In this document: piece by piece, positions 1-10,500 of the stretch
How positions within the stretch are numbered: the first letter of the stretch is position 1
How the letters are laid out: every line of letters starts with the position of its first letter
Origin: an uncultured Acidobacteriota bacterium
GTDB taxonomy: Bacteria > Acidobacteriota > Thermoanaerobaculia > Multivoradales > UBA5704
DNA: 64,000 bases
Direction of reading: 5' to 3'
NCBI GenBank assembly: GCA_963700145.1
Contig: OY969474.1
Location: 288,001 to 352,000 of the forward strand
Notes under the pieces: generated by a model
Told to the model about the DNA's origin: nothing
What the model saw: the letters and a program-made list of their open reading frames with translations, nothing else
The model's database searches: none
Position numbers and translations under genes: made by a program

Positions 1-1
1 C

Positions 2-223
2 GGCCTCGACGCCGACCTCCGCTTCAAGACCATGAACGGCGAGGCGTTCACCGAGTTCGACTACGAGACCCGCTCGCTCGCCGTCCCGGCGGGCGACCGG
101 AGCAAGGGGCGCTTCATCCTGCAGCGCGACGGCGCCTACGGCATTCGCATCGGCTCCGGCGGGCCCGAGCTCGCCTTCGCCACCATCAACGGCAACATCC
201 TGGTCCGCAACCAGGACCGGTAG
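2..223 (+). CDS. DUF4097-like beta-strand repeat (putative adhesin) protein, 5'-truncated
   Basis: Frame is open from the window edge (GLDADLRFKTMNGE...FATINGNILVR); same repeats as the next gene. Confidence 0.75.
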   Translation, partial: GLDADLRFKTMNGEAFTEFDYETRSLAVPAGDRSKGRFILQRDGAYGIRIGSGGPELAFATINGNILVRNQDR

Positions 224-232
224 GAGACGACC

Positions 233-1048
233 ATGAGACGAGTCACCCTGGCGGCCTGCGCCGCCGCCATTCTGACGATCCCGCTCGCCGCCGCCGCGCA
301 GGAGGGGCAGGTCGAGCGCTTCAACGTGCCGCTCACCGACCCCGGGCGTCCGGTGCAGCTCGAAGTCGGCCTGGTGTCCGGCGGGATCACCGTCGAGGCC
401 GGCGGCGGCAACCAGGTCGTCGTCGAGGCCCGCGCCCGCGACGACGACCGCCACGGCAAGCCCGAGGTGCGCGGCGGCATGCGGCGCATCCCCCTCTCCG
501 GCTTCAAGCTGTCGATCGAGGAGAAGGACAACGTCGTCGAGATCGGCTCCTCGCCGACGGTCGCGGTCTTCCTCACCATCAAGGTGCCGGAGCAGACCTC
601 GGTCAAGCTCTCGACCGTCAACGACGGCGACATCGAGGTCAGCGGCGTGCGCGGCGACCACGAGATCTCCAACGTCAACGGCGGGATCCGCGCCCGCGTC
701 GGGGGGTCGCTCGTCGCCCACACGATCAACGGCGAGGTCAAGGTGACGCTCTCCACCGTCGCGCCGGGCAAGGCGATGGCCTTCAGCAGCCTCAACGGCG
801 ACGTCGACGTCACCGTGCCGGGCGGCACCAAGGCCGACCTGCGCATGGAGTCCGAGAACGGCGAGATCTACACCGACTTCGACATCGCCCAGCGCCAGCG
901 CGCGGCGCCGACGCAGACCGAGCGGCAGGGCGGCCGCTACAAGCTGACCGTCGAGCGCGCTGTCTTCGGCACGATCAACGGCGGCGGTCCGGAGATGTAC
1001 TTCAAGACTTTCAACGGCGACGTCCACCTGCGGCGGGCGGGCGGATGA
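233..1048 (+). CDS. Secreted DUF4097-family beta-strand repeat protein
   Basis: AGGAG SD, signal peptide, repeated T/S-x-NG-x-I/V motifs. Confidence 0.8.
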   Translation: MRRVTLAACAAAILTIPLAAAAQEGQVERFNVPLTDPGRPVQLEVGLVSGGITVEAGGGNQVVVEARARDDDRHGKPEVRGGMRRIPLSGFKLSIEEKDNVVEIGSSPTVAVFLTIKVPEQTSVKLSTVNDGDIEVSGVRGDHEISNVNGGIRARVGGSLVAHTINGEVKVTLSTVAPGKAMAFSSLNGDVDVTVPGGTKADLRMESENGEIYTDFDIAQRQRAAPTQTERQGGRYKLTVERAVFGTINGGGPEMYFKTFNGDVHLRRAGG

Positions 1049-2723
1049 GAAAGCCACTCTCGAGCGTGCGTCCCCGCAGCTCGAGGCCCGGGTCCGGGTC
1101 GGGGGCGCAGGGGAAGGGCTGGTACCAGCAGCGGCCGTCGAGCGCCACGCGCAGGGTGAAGCCGTCGCGCACCGTCGCCCGCGTCGGCGGCACCGGGGCC
1201 GCCGCCGGCAGCACGGCGTGGCGCGCAGCCTCGGCGAACACCTGCGGCTCGCGCGCCAGGGTCTGTGCCCCCCGGACGGTGAAGTAGGCAAGGAGGAAGC
1301 CGGCGAGGGCACCAGCCGGCAGCCTCCGCGCCGCCGGGAGGAAGAAGGGTCCCGCCGCGAGCAGGGTCAGCAGGAAGAGGAACCCCCAGCCGAACCGCGG
1401 AGCGGGCGCGGTCGTCAGCCAGAAGAGCACTCCCGCCGCGGCCGTCGCGAAGAGAACGGCGTGGTCGAGCGCGCCGGGAGGGAGCGGCCGGCGCCGGCGC
1501 GCCAGCCACAGCCCCGCCTGCGCCGGAGCGAGCGCCAGGCAGGCGAGCAGCGCCGCCTTCGTCGAGAGCAGCAGATCGTTCCACCAGAGCGGCGCCCATT
1601 CCCGGAGCGGCATCGCCAGCACCACCTCCGCCGGCAGCAGCTGCGACCGGGAGAAGCTCGTGATCCACCGCGCATGGGTCGCCACCCACTCGGCTGGTAT
1701 CCGCCAGTCCACCGGGAACGGGGCGAGCCCGGGGACGGGGAAGAGGAGGTAGCCGGAGACCACCACCGAGTGGAGGAGGGCGGGGAGGACGAAGACCAGG
1801 ACGGTCCCGGCCAGCGCGCCGGCAGCCCGCCATCGCCGGGCGGCGGCGAGCCGCGCCGCCAGCCAGAGCGGCAGGAGGAGGAGCGGCAGGGCCGAGAGCT
1901 TGACGCTCGCGGCGAAGGCCGCGAGGACGGCCACCGCCGTCTGCCGCGGGCCCGGCGCGGCGAGCGAGCCCTCCTCGACGGCCTTGAGCCAGAGCGCCGC
2001 CACGACCCACACCAGGACCGCGGCCGGCACGTCCGGGGTCGCCGCCGAGAGCCAGGGAGCGAAGAGGTGGAAGGTGAGGACCGCCGTCGCGAGGCGGACG
2101 AGGAGGCTCGCCCGCCGCGCGCCGCGCCGCCATTCGCCGACGGCGGCGACGCCGTCCACGAGGACCAGCAGGAAGAGCGCGCCGTTGAGCACCTGGAGTC
2201 GCCCGAGCAGTGCCTGCGGCGCGAACCAGCCGGCGGCGAAGGCGAGGCGGCCGTGCAGGTTCCCGAGCCCGGGGACGGCGCCGAGCTCCTGCAGCCAGCG
2301 GATCGCCTGGAGCTGATAGGCGGCGGTGTCGAAGTGCGCGGTGGCGACGGCGGTGCGGGCGAGGCCCAGCAAGGCGCCCGCGGCGAGCGCCGCGGCGCCG
2401 AGCCCGCGGCCGGCCGCGAGCCCGCTCCCCAGAGCCCCTCCGAAGTCGCGCAGCGCCGCGGCCAGGGCACGCCGCCGCACGGCCGCGAGGAGCGCCGCGC
2501 CGGTCAGGGCCGCGGCGAGCATGCGGCCGTCGAGCGGCACGACGAGCGACGCCAGGAGCGCGCCGGCGGAGAGCACGGCGAGGCCCGCCAAGGCGAGCAC
2601 CGGCAGCCGCGGTGGCGCGCGCCGCTCGCCCCCGGTCAGCCGCGCCAGCCCGCCGAGCGCGGCTTCGCCGTAGGCCGTGGCGACGAACGCCAAGCCGGCT
2701 GCCGCCAGCAGCGCCGCGAGCAT
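1011..2723 (-). CDS. Polytopic membrane protein (LIC_10190-like, GT-C-like)
   Basis: Many TM segments; DTAAYQLQAIRW, PGLGNLHGRLAF, SGYLLFP, APAPRFGWG motifs. Confidence 0.65.
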   Translation of the reverse strand: MLAALLAAAGLAFVATAYGEAALGGLARLTGGERRAPPRLPVLALAGLAVLSAGALLASLVVPLDGRMLAAALTGAALLAAVRRRALAAALRDFGGALGSGLAAGRGLGAAALAAGALLGLARTAVATAHFDTAAYQLQAIRWLQELGAVPGLGNLHGRLAFAAGWFAPQALLGRLQVLNGALFLLVLVDGVAAVGEWRRGARRASLLVRLATAVLTFHLFAPWLSAATPDVPAAVLVWVVAALWLKAVEEGSLAAPGPRQTAVAVLAAFAASVKLSALPLLLLPLWLAARLAAARRWRAAGALAGTVLVFVLPALLHSVVVSGYLLFPVPGLAPFPVDWRIPAEWVATHARWITSFSRSQLLPAEVVLAMPLREWAPLWWNDLLLSTKAALLACLALAPAQAGLWLARRRRPLPPGALDHAVLFATAAAGVLFWLTTAPAPRFGWGFLFLLTLLAAGPFFLPAARRLPAGALAGFLLAYFTVRGAQTLAREPQVFAEAARHAVLPAAAPVPPTRATVRDGFTLRVALDGRCWYQPFPCAPDPDPGLELRGRTLESGFLIRPPAAGGRRR

Positions 2724-2732
2724 GGCCGGACG

Positions 2733-4787
2733 CTACTGGAAGTAGCCGTTGACGTCGAGGATGAAGTGCGTGGCGGCGGCCGAGCCGTTCAGCACGCCAA
2801 GCGTGCCGGTGCCGTCGGTGGCGAGCGTCAGCACGGCGTTGTTGGCGCGCGTCACGCCGGCCCTGAAGCTGATGGAGCTGGTGGTCATGGGGAAGGCGTT
2901 GCCCGGGAAGGTCGAGAGATAGCCGGCCGCACCGGGCGCGGGCACCGTGACGTTCACCGAGATCGCTTTCGCCCCGTTGGGGATGCCGCAGGTGCCGGTG
3001 ACGTCGAAGCTGCGGACGCCGTTGGCGGCGAGCGCCGGCCCGCCGAGCGGTCCGTTGGGGTTGCGGGTGTCGACCACCCGGCAGGGCGCGAGCGTGTAGA
3101 AGCCGGTCGGCGTCGGCGGCGGCGTGTAGAAGAAGGCGTTGGCCATGGTGGCGCTCGCGCCGCCCGGGTTGGTGACCACCAGGTTGACGGCGCCGGTGGC
3201 GTGGGCCCCGGTGACGGCGGTGATGCGGGTGCTGTTGACCACGACGACCGAGGTCGCCGCCACGCCGCCGAGAGTCACCGTCGCCCCGGGGAGGAACCCC
3301 GTGCCGGTGATCGCGATCGCCGTGCCGCCGCCGGTCGTGCCCGACTGCGGCGCGACGCTGCCGATCGTCGGGTTGACGACCGCCGGGAAGATGCAGGCGC
3401 CGGGCCCGGTCGTCTTGCTCTCGACGATGGGCTCGAGCAGCTGCACCGTCCGCGAATGGAAGACCGAGCTGGCGCTGCAGCCCCCCAGGTTGTGGCAGTA
3501 GCTCATCACCGTGCCGCGCACGTTGGGGACGCCCTGGTAGGTCGCCGGGGCCGGGCAGGAGGTGGCGCCGCTGTAGCACCCCGATTCGCCGTTGAAGCAC
3601 GTGTCGATCGGCGTCGGCGTGAGATAGCAGTGGGTGTGGTGCGAGCCGAAGTTGTGGCCGATCTCGTGCCCCACGATTCGGGTGTCCTGCGTCAGCAGGT
3701 TGGTCGAGCCGAAGACCTGGGTGAAGCTGTAGCCGCCGTTGGTGCTGCAGAGAGCGTTGATGAAGGCGATGCCCGAGGCGCCCGAGCTCTGCTTGCCCGA
3801 GATCAGCGCCGCGATGGCGCGCGGGACCGTGCCGTAGTTGGCGACCCAGTAGTTCCGGAACTCGTTGAGCTTGGTGAAGTCGGCGCCGCCGCTGCCGCCC
3901 GTCCAGGGGTCGTTCGAGGTGGTGCGCAGGAAGGTGGTGCCCTGGAGCAGGCGGACCTTGAGGTCCCGCTCGTACATCACGTTCATCTGCGCGAAGAGGC
4001 TGGCCAGGTAGTTCGTGACCGCCACGGTGTTGCCGCCGAACTTGTTGGCGATCAGCTCGTAGTCGGTGTCCACGGCGACGGTGGCGGTGTGGAGGCTCAC
4101 GATCGCCTCCTCGAAGACCGCGGTCGAGGCGGCGCTCTCGAAGGCGAGCGGCATCGCCTGTGGCGCTTCCTCGGCGCCGCAGCTGAACTCCGGCGCCGCG
4201 GCCGCGGCTTCCTCGCCGGGGGTGAGGAAGACCGCCGGGGGCGCCAGCCGGTACAAGCGGCGGTCCCCGCCCGCCGGCTCCGGGCGCAGCTCGTGCCGCT
4301 CCTCCCGCGTCTCGGTTAGCCCTTCGAGCGCTCCGGTCTGCGGATCGACGGAGACCATGACCCGGGTCTCGCTGTCGAGCTCGGCCTCGCCGAAGAAGAA
4401 GACCAGCCGCGAGCGGGGGAGCTCGCGCCGCCCGCCGCCCACCTGCACGATGCGGGCGCCGGGGGCGTAGATCTCGCGCCGGGTGAGGAGGACGGCCTCG
4501 CGGCGGTCCGGTGCGACCGGCCACTCCTCGACGCGCACCGTCTCCTCGTTGCCGGTGGCGAGGAGGGCGGGAGCGAGCTCCTCGTCGAGCGGCAGGAGCT
4601 CCATCGCGGCGCCGCTCTCGAAGTCCTCGAGGAGCCGGCCGGGGCCGGCGGCGCGGAGCGGGCCGCGGTCGAAGGCGTCGTCGGAGGGGGGCGCGGCGAA
4701 GGCGGCTGTGGGAAGGGTGAGGCTGACCGCCAGAACAGCGGCCAAGCAGGGAAGTACCCAGGAGCGACGACGCGATGCCGATTCCAT
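2733..4787 (-). CDS. Secreted M12/reprolysin-like zinc metallopeptidase with IPT/TIG domain and C-terminal CRVVDTR...CGIP domain
   Basis: HEIGHNFGSHH zinc motif, Met-turn TVMSYC, signal peptide, IPT-like segment. Confidence 0.85.
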   Translation of the reverse strand: MESASRRRSWVLPCLAAVLAVSLTLPTAAFAAPPSDDAFDRGPLRAAGPGRLLEDFESGAAMELLPLDEELAPALLATGNEETVRVEEWPVAPDRREAVLLTRREIYAPGARIVQVGGGRRELPRSRLVFFFGEAELDSETRVMVSVDPQTGALEGLTETREERHELRPEPAGGDRRLYRLAPPAVFLTPGEEAAAAAPEFSCGAEEAPQAMPLAFESAASTAVFEEAIVSLHTATVAVDTDYELIANKFGGNTVAVTNYLASLFAQMNVMYERDLKVRLLQGTTFLRTTSNDPWTGGSGGADFTKLNEFRNYWVANYGTVPRAIAALISGKQSSGASGIAFINALCSTNGGYSFTQVFGSTNLLTQDTRIVGHEIGHNFGSHHTHCYLTPTPIDTCFNGESGCYSGATSCPAPATYQGVPNVRGTVMSYCHNLGGCSASSVFHSRTVQLLEPIVESKTTGPGACIFPAVVNPTIGSVAPQSGTTGGGTAIAITGTGFLPGATVTLGGVAATSVVVVNSTRITAVTGAHATGAVNLVVTNPGGASATMANAFFYTPPPTPTGFYTLAPCRVVDTRNPNGPLGGPALAANGVRSFDVTGTCGIPNGAKAISVNVTVPAPGAAGYLSTFPGNAFPMTTSSISFRAGVTRANNAVLTLATDGTGTLGVLNGSAAATHFILDVNGYFQ

Positions 4788-4952
4788 GCTTGCCGGGCCC
4801 TATAAGTCGAGCCGCTGCCGTCATATTCCCATCGACGCGGGGGTCCGGGTGGGCCGCGCGGAGGCGCGACTTGGCGCCCGATTGACGGCCGCCCATCAGG
4901 GTGGCGGAAAGGGGCGGAACGCCGTCTCGCGGGATGGTACAGTCCCGCGGCC

Positions 4953-5927
4953 GTGCCTCTCCCCGTGACCTTCGAGGACGTGCGCGCGGCGCGGGCGCGG
5001 ATCGCCGGGCACGTCCACCGCACGCCGGTCCTTACCTCCCGCCAGCTCGACGCGCTGACCGGCGCCCCTCTCTTCTTCAAGTGCGAGCTCTTCCAGCGGG
5101 TCGGCGCCTTCAAGGCGCGCGGCGCCTTCTCACGCCTCACCCTCCTGACCGCCCCCGAGCGGGCCGCGGGCGTCGTCGCCTTCTCCTCGGGCAACCACGC
5201 CCAGGCGGTGGCGCTGGCGGCGCGCGAGCTGGGGGTGGCGGCGACGATCGTCATGCCGCGCGACGCGCCCGCCACGAAGGTCGCCGCCACCCGCGGCTAC
5301 GGCGCCCGGGTGCTGCTCTACGACCGCGCCGAGGAGAGCCGCGAGGAGATCGCGCGGCGGATCGTCGAGGAGGAGGGGGCGGTGCTCGTGCCTCCCTTCG
5401 ACGACGACAGGGTGATCGCCGGTCAGGGGACGCTGGGCCTGGAGCTGCTCGAGGAAGTGCCGGAGCTGGAGATCGTCGTCACCCCGTGCGGCGGCGGCGG
5501 GCTGCTCTCGGGGGTCGCGGTGGCGGCGCGCGGCCTCGCGCCGGCGATCCGCCTCTGGGGCGTCGAGCCGGAGGCGGGAGACGACATGCGGCGCTCGCTC
5601 GCGGCGGGCGAGCCGGTCTCGATCCCGGTCCCGAACACCATCGCCGACGCCTTGCAGACCACGCGTCCGGCCGAGCGCACCCTGGCGATCGTCGGCGCCC
5701 TCTGCGAGGGGATCGTCACGGCGAGCGACCTCGAGCTGCGGCGGGCGATGGCCCTCCTCGCCTCGCGTCTCAAGCTCGTCGTCGAGCCGGGCGGGGCCGC
5801 CGCCTTCGCGGCGCTCCTCCACGGCCGGGTGCCCGGCGTGGAAGGTCGCCGCGTCGGGGTCGTCCTCTCCGGCGGCAACGTCGACCTCGCCCGCTTCGGC
5901 GAGCTGGTGAGCGGGATCGAGGTCTGA
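4953..5927 (+). CDS. PLP-dependent threonine/serine dehydratase family enzyme
   Basis: KCELFQRVGAFKARGA, SSGNHAQ, PCGGGGL, LSGGNVD motifs. Confidence 0.92.
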   Translation: MPLPVTFEDVRAARARIAGHVHRTPVLTSRQLDALTGAPLFFKCELFQRVGAFKARGAFSRLTLLTAPERAAGVVAFSSGNHAQAVALAARELGVAATIVMPRDAPATKVAATRGYGARVLLYDRAEESREEIARRIVEEEGAVLVPPFDDDRVIAGQGTLGLELLEEVPELEIVVTPCGGGGLLSGVAVAARGLAPAIRLWGVEPEAGDDMRRSLAAGEPVSIPVPNTIADALQTTRPAERTLAIVGALCEGIVTASDLELRRAMALLASRLKLVVEPGGAAAFAALLHGRVPGVEGRRVGVVLSGGNVDLARFGELVSGIEV

Positions 5928-6558
5928 GCTGCCAGGAGAAATGCACCATTCCGCCGCCGCTTTGCACCACGCGGCGGCGGAAAACGGCGCCGCGGGCGCT
6001 CGGGAGGCCGAATCGGCGGCTGGAGACGAGCCCGCGAGGGGAAAAATGCACCCCGCCGAGCCTGCGGGGTGCACCGCGGGCCCGGGGGAAGGCGCCGCCG
6101 CACCTTTTTTGCACCATTTTCTGGCTGCTTTGCACCATTTTGGTCCCGCGGCAGGCTCCGCAGGCCCTCCGGCGAGGCCCCAAGGGCCTGCGGCGACGTC
6201 CGGAGCCGCCAAATGGTGCAAAGAAGCCGCCGGATGGTGCACCTTTCCCGCGGAGGATATGTCCTCAGCCGCCGCGGGGTGCATTTCTGCCGCCGCATGG
6301 TGCATTTTTCCTCCCGAGGAGGCATCCCATGCCGACGCGGGCCCGCGGGGCCCTCTTCAAGTTCCCCGTCCTCTCGACCGCCGGCCCCGACCTCGCCTCT
6401 CAAGCTCGCCGTCGAGCCCGGCGGCGGCCGCCGCCTTCGCGGCGCTCCTCCACGGCCGGGTGCCCGGCGTGGAAGGGCGCCGCGTCGGCGTCGTCCTTTC
6501 GGGCGGCAACGTCGACCTCGCCCGCTTCGGCGAGCTGGTGAGCGGTTTGGAGGTGTAA
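5761..6558 (+). repeat. Imperfect direct repeat of the dehydratase 3' end (5761-5927 and 6391-6558)
   Basis: Direct alignment of 167/168 bp; mostly synonymous changes plus a 1-nt insertion. Confidence 0.95.
5931..6312. repeat. Palindromic element with TGCACC/GGTGCA motifs on a 21-bp lattice
   Basis: TGCACC at 5942, 5963, 6047, 6110, 6131; GGTGCA at 6068, 6215, 6236, 6278, 6299; all equal 5942+21n; nested inverted repeats. Confidence 0.85.
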
Positions 6559-6635
6559 GACGAAGCCTTGTCGACCCACTCGGCCAGGGTGATCCAAGGC
6601 AGCGGGGAGCTAGGCGGTCTGTTGGTCCCTCGGGC

Positions 6636-7565
6636 TCAGTCGCCGCCGCCGCAACCGCCGCCGCAACCTCCTCCGTCACCGCCGCCGCCGTCCCCGCCAC
6701 TTCCCCCATCACCCCCGGAGTCTGCACCGGCGCCCGAGTCGCTGCCGGCATCAGGGCTCGGTGGGCACTCGGCCATGCCCGGCTCGACCTCCGGCCCGCA
6801 AGGGGAGAGCTGGGTGGGAGTCTCGCCGGGGGCCGCGGCGCTTGCGCCGGCGGGCTCGTCGGTCGAGCCGCCGGTGGAGAAGACGACCGCACAGCCGCCG
6901 CCGTCCGCCTGGCCCGCACCCTCCCTGCCTCGGGACGGCGGCCGCACCTGGCGGCGCTCGCGCGCGGCGGAAAGGAGCGCTGCGGCGCCAGCGCCCACAG
7001 CCACGATCAGCATGCTCTCTCCGAGCACGGCAGCTCCCGGCTCGTCGAAGGCGCGTGCGCAAGCGACCGCGAGGGTCAGCGCCACGGCGCCGGCGCCACC
7101 GAGCGCGAGCCGCCGCCAGGGGCGATCTCCGGCAGCCACCGGCGCTTCCGGCGCTGGCCAGACCTCCGCTGGCGGCGTCTCGCCGAAAAGCCGCCGATAG
7201 CTCGCGAGGGTGTCGGCGTACATCCGCGCGTGCCGCTGCGCCTCCGCCGGACCGCCGCGCGACGGCTCGTGGTGGAACGGCCGGCCCAGCACCTGGCCGC
7301 AGAGCGCTTCCCAATACGAGCGCGTGTAGGTCAGGTGGAGGTGCCAGGCCTCGTCCACCGCGCCCGAAGGGCTCACGGGATGACCGGCCCGCGCCCCAAG
7401 GTAGAGGAAGCGCCGGTACTCCGCGACGACGCGGCGCGCGTATGACGGGCTCCAACCCTTCTCCTCCGCCAGGCGGCGGGTGAACGGCCGCCGAGCCCCG
7501 GGCTCGTCGAGGGGGAAATCACGGAGCTGTGGCCAGAGAGGATCCGCGCCGGCTTCAGGAGTCAT
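6636..7565 (-). CDS. Glycine-rich-domain membrane protein (DUF1399/TIGR04222-like)
   Basis: EYRRFLYL, PSGAVDEAWHLHLTYTRSY, HHEPS; GGGCGGGCGGG tail; ATG at 7565. Confidence 0.8.
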   Translation of the reverse strand: MTPEAGADPLWPQLRDFPLDEPGARRPFTRRLAEEKGWSPSYARRVVAEYRRFLYLGARAGHPVSPSGAVDEAWHLHLTYTRSYWEALCGQVLGRPFHHEPSRGGPAEAQRHARMYADTLASYRRLFGETPPAEVWPAPEAPVAAGDRPWRRLALGGAGAVALTLAVACARAFDEPGAAVLGESMLIVAVGAGAAALLSAARERRQVRPPSRGREGAGQADGGGCAVVFSTGGSTDEPAGASAAAPGETPTQLSPCGPEVEPGMAECPPSPDAGSDSGAGADSGGDGGSGGDGGGGDGGGCGGGCGGGD

Positions 7566-7576
7566 CGGGCAGCCCC

Positions 7577-10500
7577 TCAGAACGCGCCGGTGTCGGCGAC
7601 GCTCGCCAGGTTGCCGCTCTTGTTGGTGTAGGTCTTGACCGCGCCGGTCGCCGTGTCGGTGACGCGCAGGGTGTACTCGACGCTCGAGAGCGCGCCGTAG
7701 AAGACCCAATGCTTGCCGTTGACGGCCGTGCCGTCGAGCACCTTGAGCACCACCTCCACGTTGTCCGCGCCGAAGAACCAGAAGTAGCCGGTGTCGCCGG
7801 TGAGCGGGACGGCGCTGCCGACGCCGGTGTTGCCCGAAAAGTCCTTCCAGGTCGCCTCGACCGCGAAGCGGCCGCCGCGGAGGCAAAGCCGGGTGGCGGC
7901 AGGTTGGCAGGGACCCGTAACCGCCGCGACTTCCGAGCCGGCGCGCGGCGGCGGGCCGGAGGCGCTGGAGGGCTCGGCGACCGAGAACGCCCCGAGCGGC
8001 CCGAAGCCGGTCGTATCGGCGACGCTCGCGAGCTGACCGGTCGGGTTCCAGTACCGAGCGGTGAGCCCGGTCTGCACGTCGGTCACCGTCAGCGCGTACT
8101 CGACGCTGGAGAGCGCCCCGTAGAAGACCCAGTGGTGCTGATTGAGCCCCCGCCCGTCGAGGACCTTGAGGATCACCTCGAGGTTCTCCGGCCCGAAGAA
8201 CCAGAAGGCGCCGGTGTCGGCCGTGAGCGGCAGGGCCGTGCCGGCACCGGTGTTGCCGGTGAAATCTCGCCACGTCGCCGTCACGCGGAACCTTCCCCCG
8301 AGGCAGAGCGCGGCCGGCGAGGTCACGCAGGCGCTCTCCGGGGCGCCGAGCTCGAGCAGCCAAAGTTCGCGGCCGGAGAGGCCGTCGTCTGCCGAGAAGT
8401 AGAGGCGGTTGGCCGCTGCCGTGAGCTCCTCTGGATAGGACGATGCGGCGCCGGGCGCGATGTCCTGAACCATCCGCGTGCCTTGCGCCGTGCCGTCGGT
8501 CTGCCACAGTTCCCAACCGTGGACTCCGTCTCCTGCCGCGAAGAACAACCGTCCCCCTGCCGGCCGGAGGCCGCGAGGATGGGAGCCCGGCGGCCCCGGC
8601 ATGATGTCGCGTACCAGCACGGTTCCCGCGTCGGTGCCGTCGCTCCTCCACAGTTCGCGCCCGTGGAGCCCGTCGTCGGCAACGAAGAAGAGAGAGTCGG
8701 CGAAAACCGTGAGAAAGCCCGGGTTCTGGCCGGGGTCGGGGACATGGCGGAATCCGCGCACCAGCACCGTCCCTTCGGGGCTGCCGTCGGTCCGCCACAG
8801 GCCGCGGCCGGAGGAGGTCGCGGCGAAGAAATAGAGGTTGCCACTCAAGGAGACCAGCTCGCCAACGCCTGCGGGGCTGAGACTGGTGCCCGCGGCGTGC
8901 ACCGGAGTCGAGCCCGCCAGGGTGCCGTCTGTCTTCCAGACCTGCGCGAATCCGCCCTGCTCGCGGCCGATGAAGTACACCCACGGACCGACGCGGGTGA
9001 ACTCTGGGTCGGCTGCGTGGTTGAATCTGCCGAAGAAGTCCGTGACCTTGCGGGTTCCTTCGGGCGTGCCGTCGCTCCGCCAAACGTCTCGGCCGAACTC
9101 GTGATCGGCGGCCGTGAAGTAGAGCTCGTTGCCGAGCGCGGTCAGGTGGCGGATGTCGGCTGCGCTCTCGGTCGGGAAGTCGACCGCCTTCCGCGTGCCT
9201 CCGGTCGCGCCATTGGTTTGCCACAGGGCGTACTCGAACGGGTCGGCCCCGGTGAAGAAGACCTCGCCGTGGATCTCGGCGAAGCCCGAGCCCGAGGTGG
9301 TCAGGAGATCGGGGGGCAGGCCGGCGAGCCGCGCTGTGCCTTCCGGCGTTCCATCCGAGGTCCAAACCTGGGGCTCGTGGAGTGTTTCCTCGCGGAGGAA
9401 GAACAGCCTGCCTGCGGCGGCGGTCAACTCCTGGGGAAAGCGATTCGGGCCCGGGCAGTCCGTTTCTGGCTCGCTAGGTGCCAGCGCGAGGGTGGTGGCC
9501 GCCGATCCAGCGGTCCTCCACAGCTTTCTGAACCTGTCCTCGCAGGCGGTGAAGAAGAGTCGCTCGCCGAGAGCCACCAGCTCGAGCGGCGTCGAAGAGT
9601 CGTGGCGATCGGCGAAGTCGGTCAAGAGTCGCGTTCCCGGCCGCGTGCCGTCGCCCACCCAAAGCTCGTGACCGTACTGCGTCCGGGCAGTAAAGAAGAC
9701 CTCGGGACCGCGCGCCACGAGAAAGCTCTGGGACACTTCGAGCTCGCCGGTGAAATGCGTGAACCGATGCGTACCCGCGGCCGTGCCGTCGCTTCGCCAG
9801 AGGTTGGCTCCTCGCGACGAGACCCCTTCCTCGGAGGCGACGAAGAACGCCGTGCTGCCGGCGCGGGCCGGCCCCGTGAGGAGCCCCCCGCACCGGCCAC
9901 TGCAGACATCGGCGAGGAGCCCGGTACCGGCTTGTGTGCCGTCGGTTCTCCAAAGCTCCCGGCCATGGTCCGTAGTCTCTGCCGCGAACAGGGCACGGCC
10001 GGCAGTCTGGACCAGCGGGTGCTCGAGAAGCAGGCGCGGGCAGCCTGGGCAGGAACCGGCCAGCCTCGACATCGTGCGTGAGACGCCCGTGGTCGACCAG
10101 AGGCCATAGCCGTCGCCGGCGTTGGCCTTGAAGATTAAGCGGTCGGCGACCTCGACCAGCTCGAGCGGTGCCAGGAAAGGCCTCGGATTCTGGAACTCAG
10201 TAATTCGAACGGTGCCGGCTGCCGTGCCGTCGCTACGCCAGATCTCTTCGCCACCCACGCCGTCGTCGGCCAGGAAATACACGCGCGATCCGATCGCCTG
10301 GAGCGTCGAGCCCTGGCGGACCGCGACGCCTTGAGCAGGGAAGCTCGTGAGCTGGCGCGTGCCGGCGGCGGTGCCGTCGCTCACCCAGAGCTGGCGCGCG
10401 CTTCCCGTGACGCGAATGAAGAACAGCCGGTTCGTGGTGCCGACGAGGGCGAGAGGGCGCGCGTCGAGGTCGAGGATGGGAATCGTGCCGGCAGCCGTCC

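Noticed and set aside
937-4896. Long Arg/Pro/Gly-rich ORFs here and elsewhere (for example 15705-20171, 31590-35273, 55934-58924)
   Set aside because: Shadow frames of high-GC genes that overlap well-supported CDSs
5761-6558. DGR template/variable repeat pair
   Set aside because: Differences are not adenine-specific and there is no reverse transcriptase
5941-6558. 205-aa ORF as a real protein
   Set aside because: It is the translation of the lattice element fused to the duplicated gene tail; an upstream AGGAG is only 2 nt from the ATG; not fully excluded
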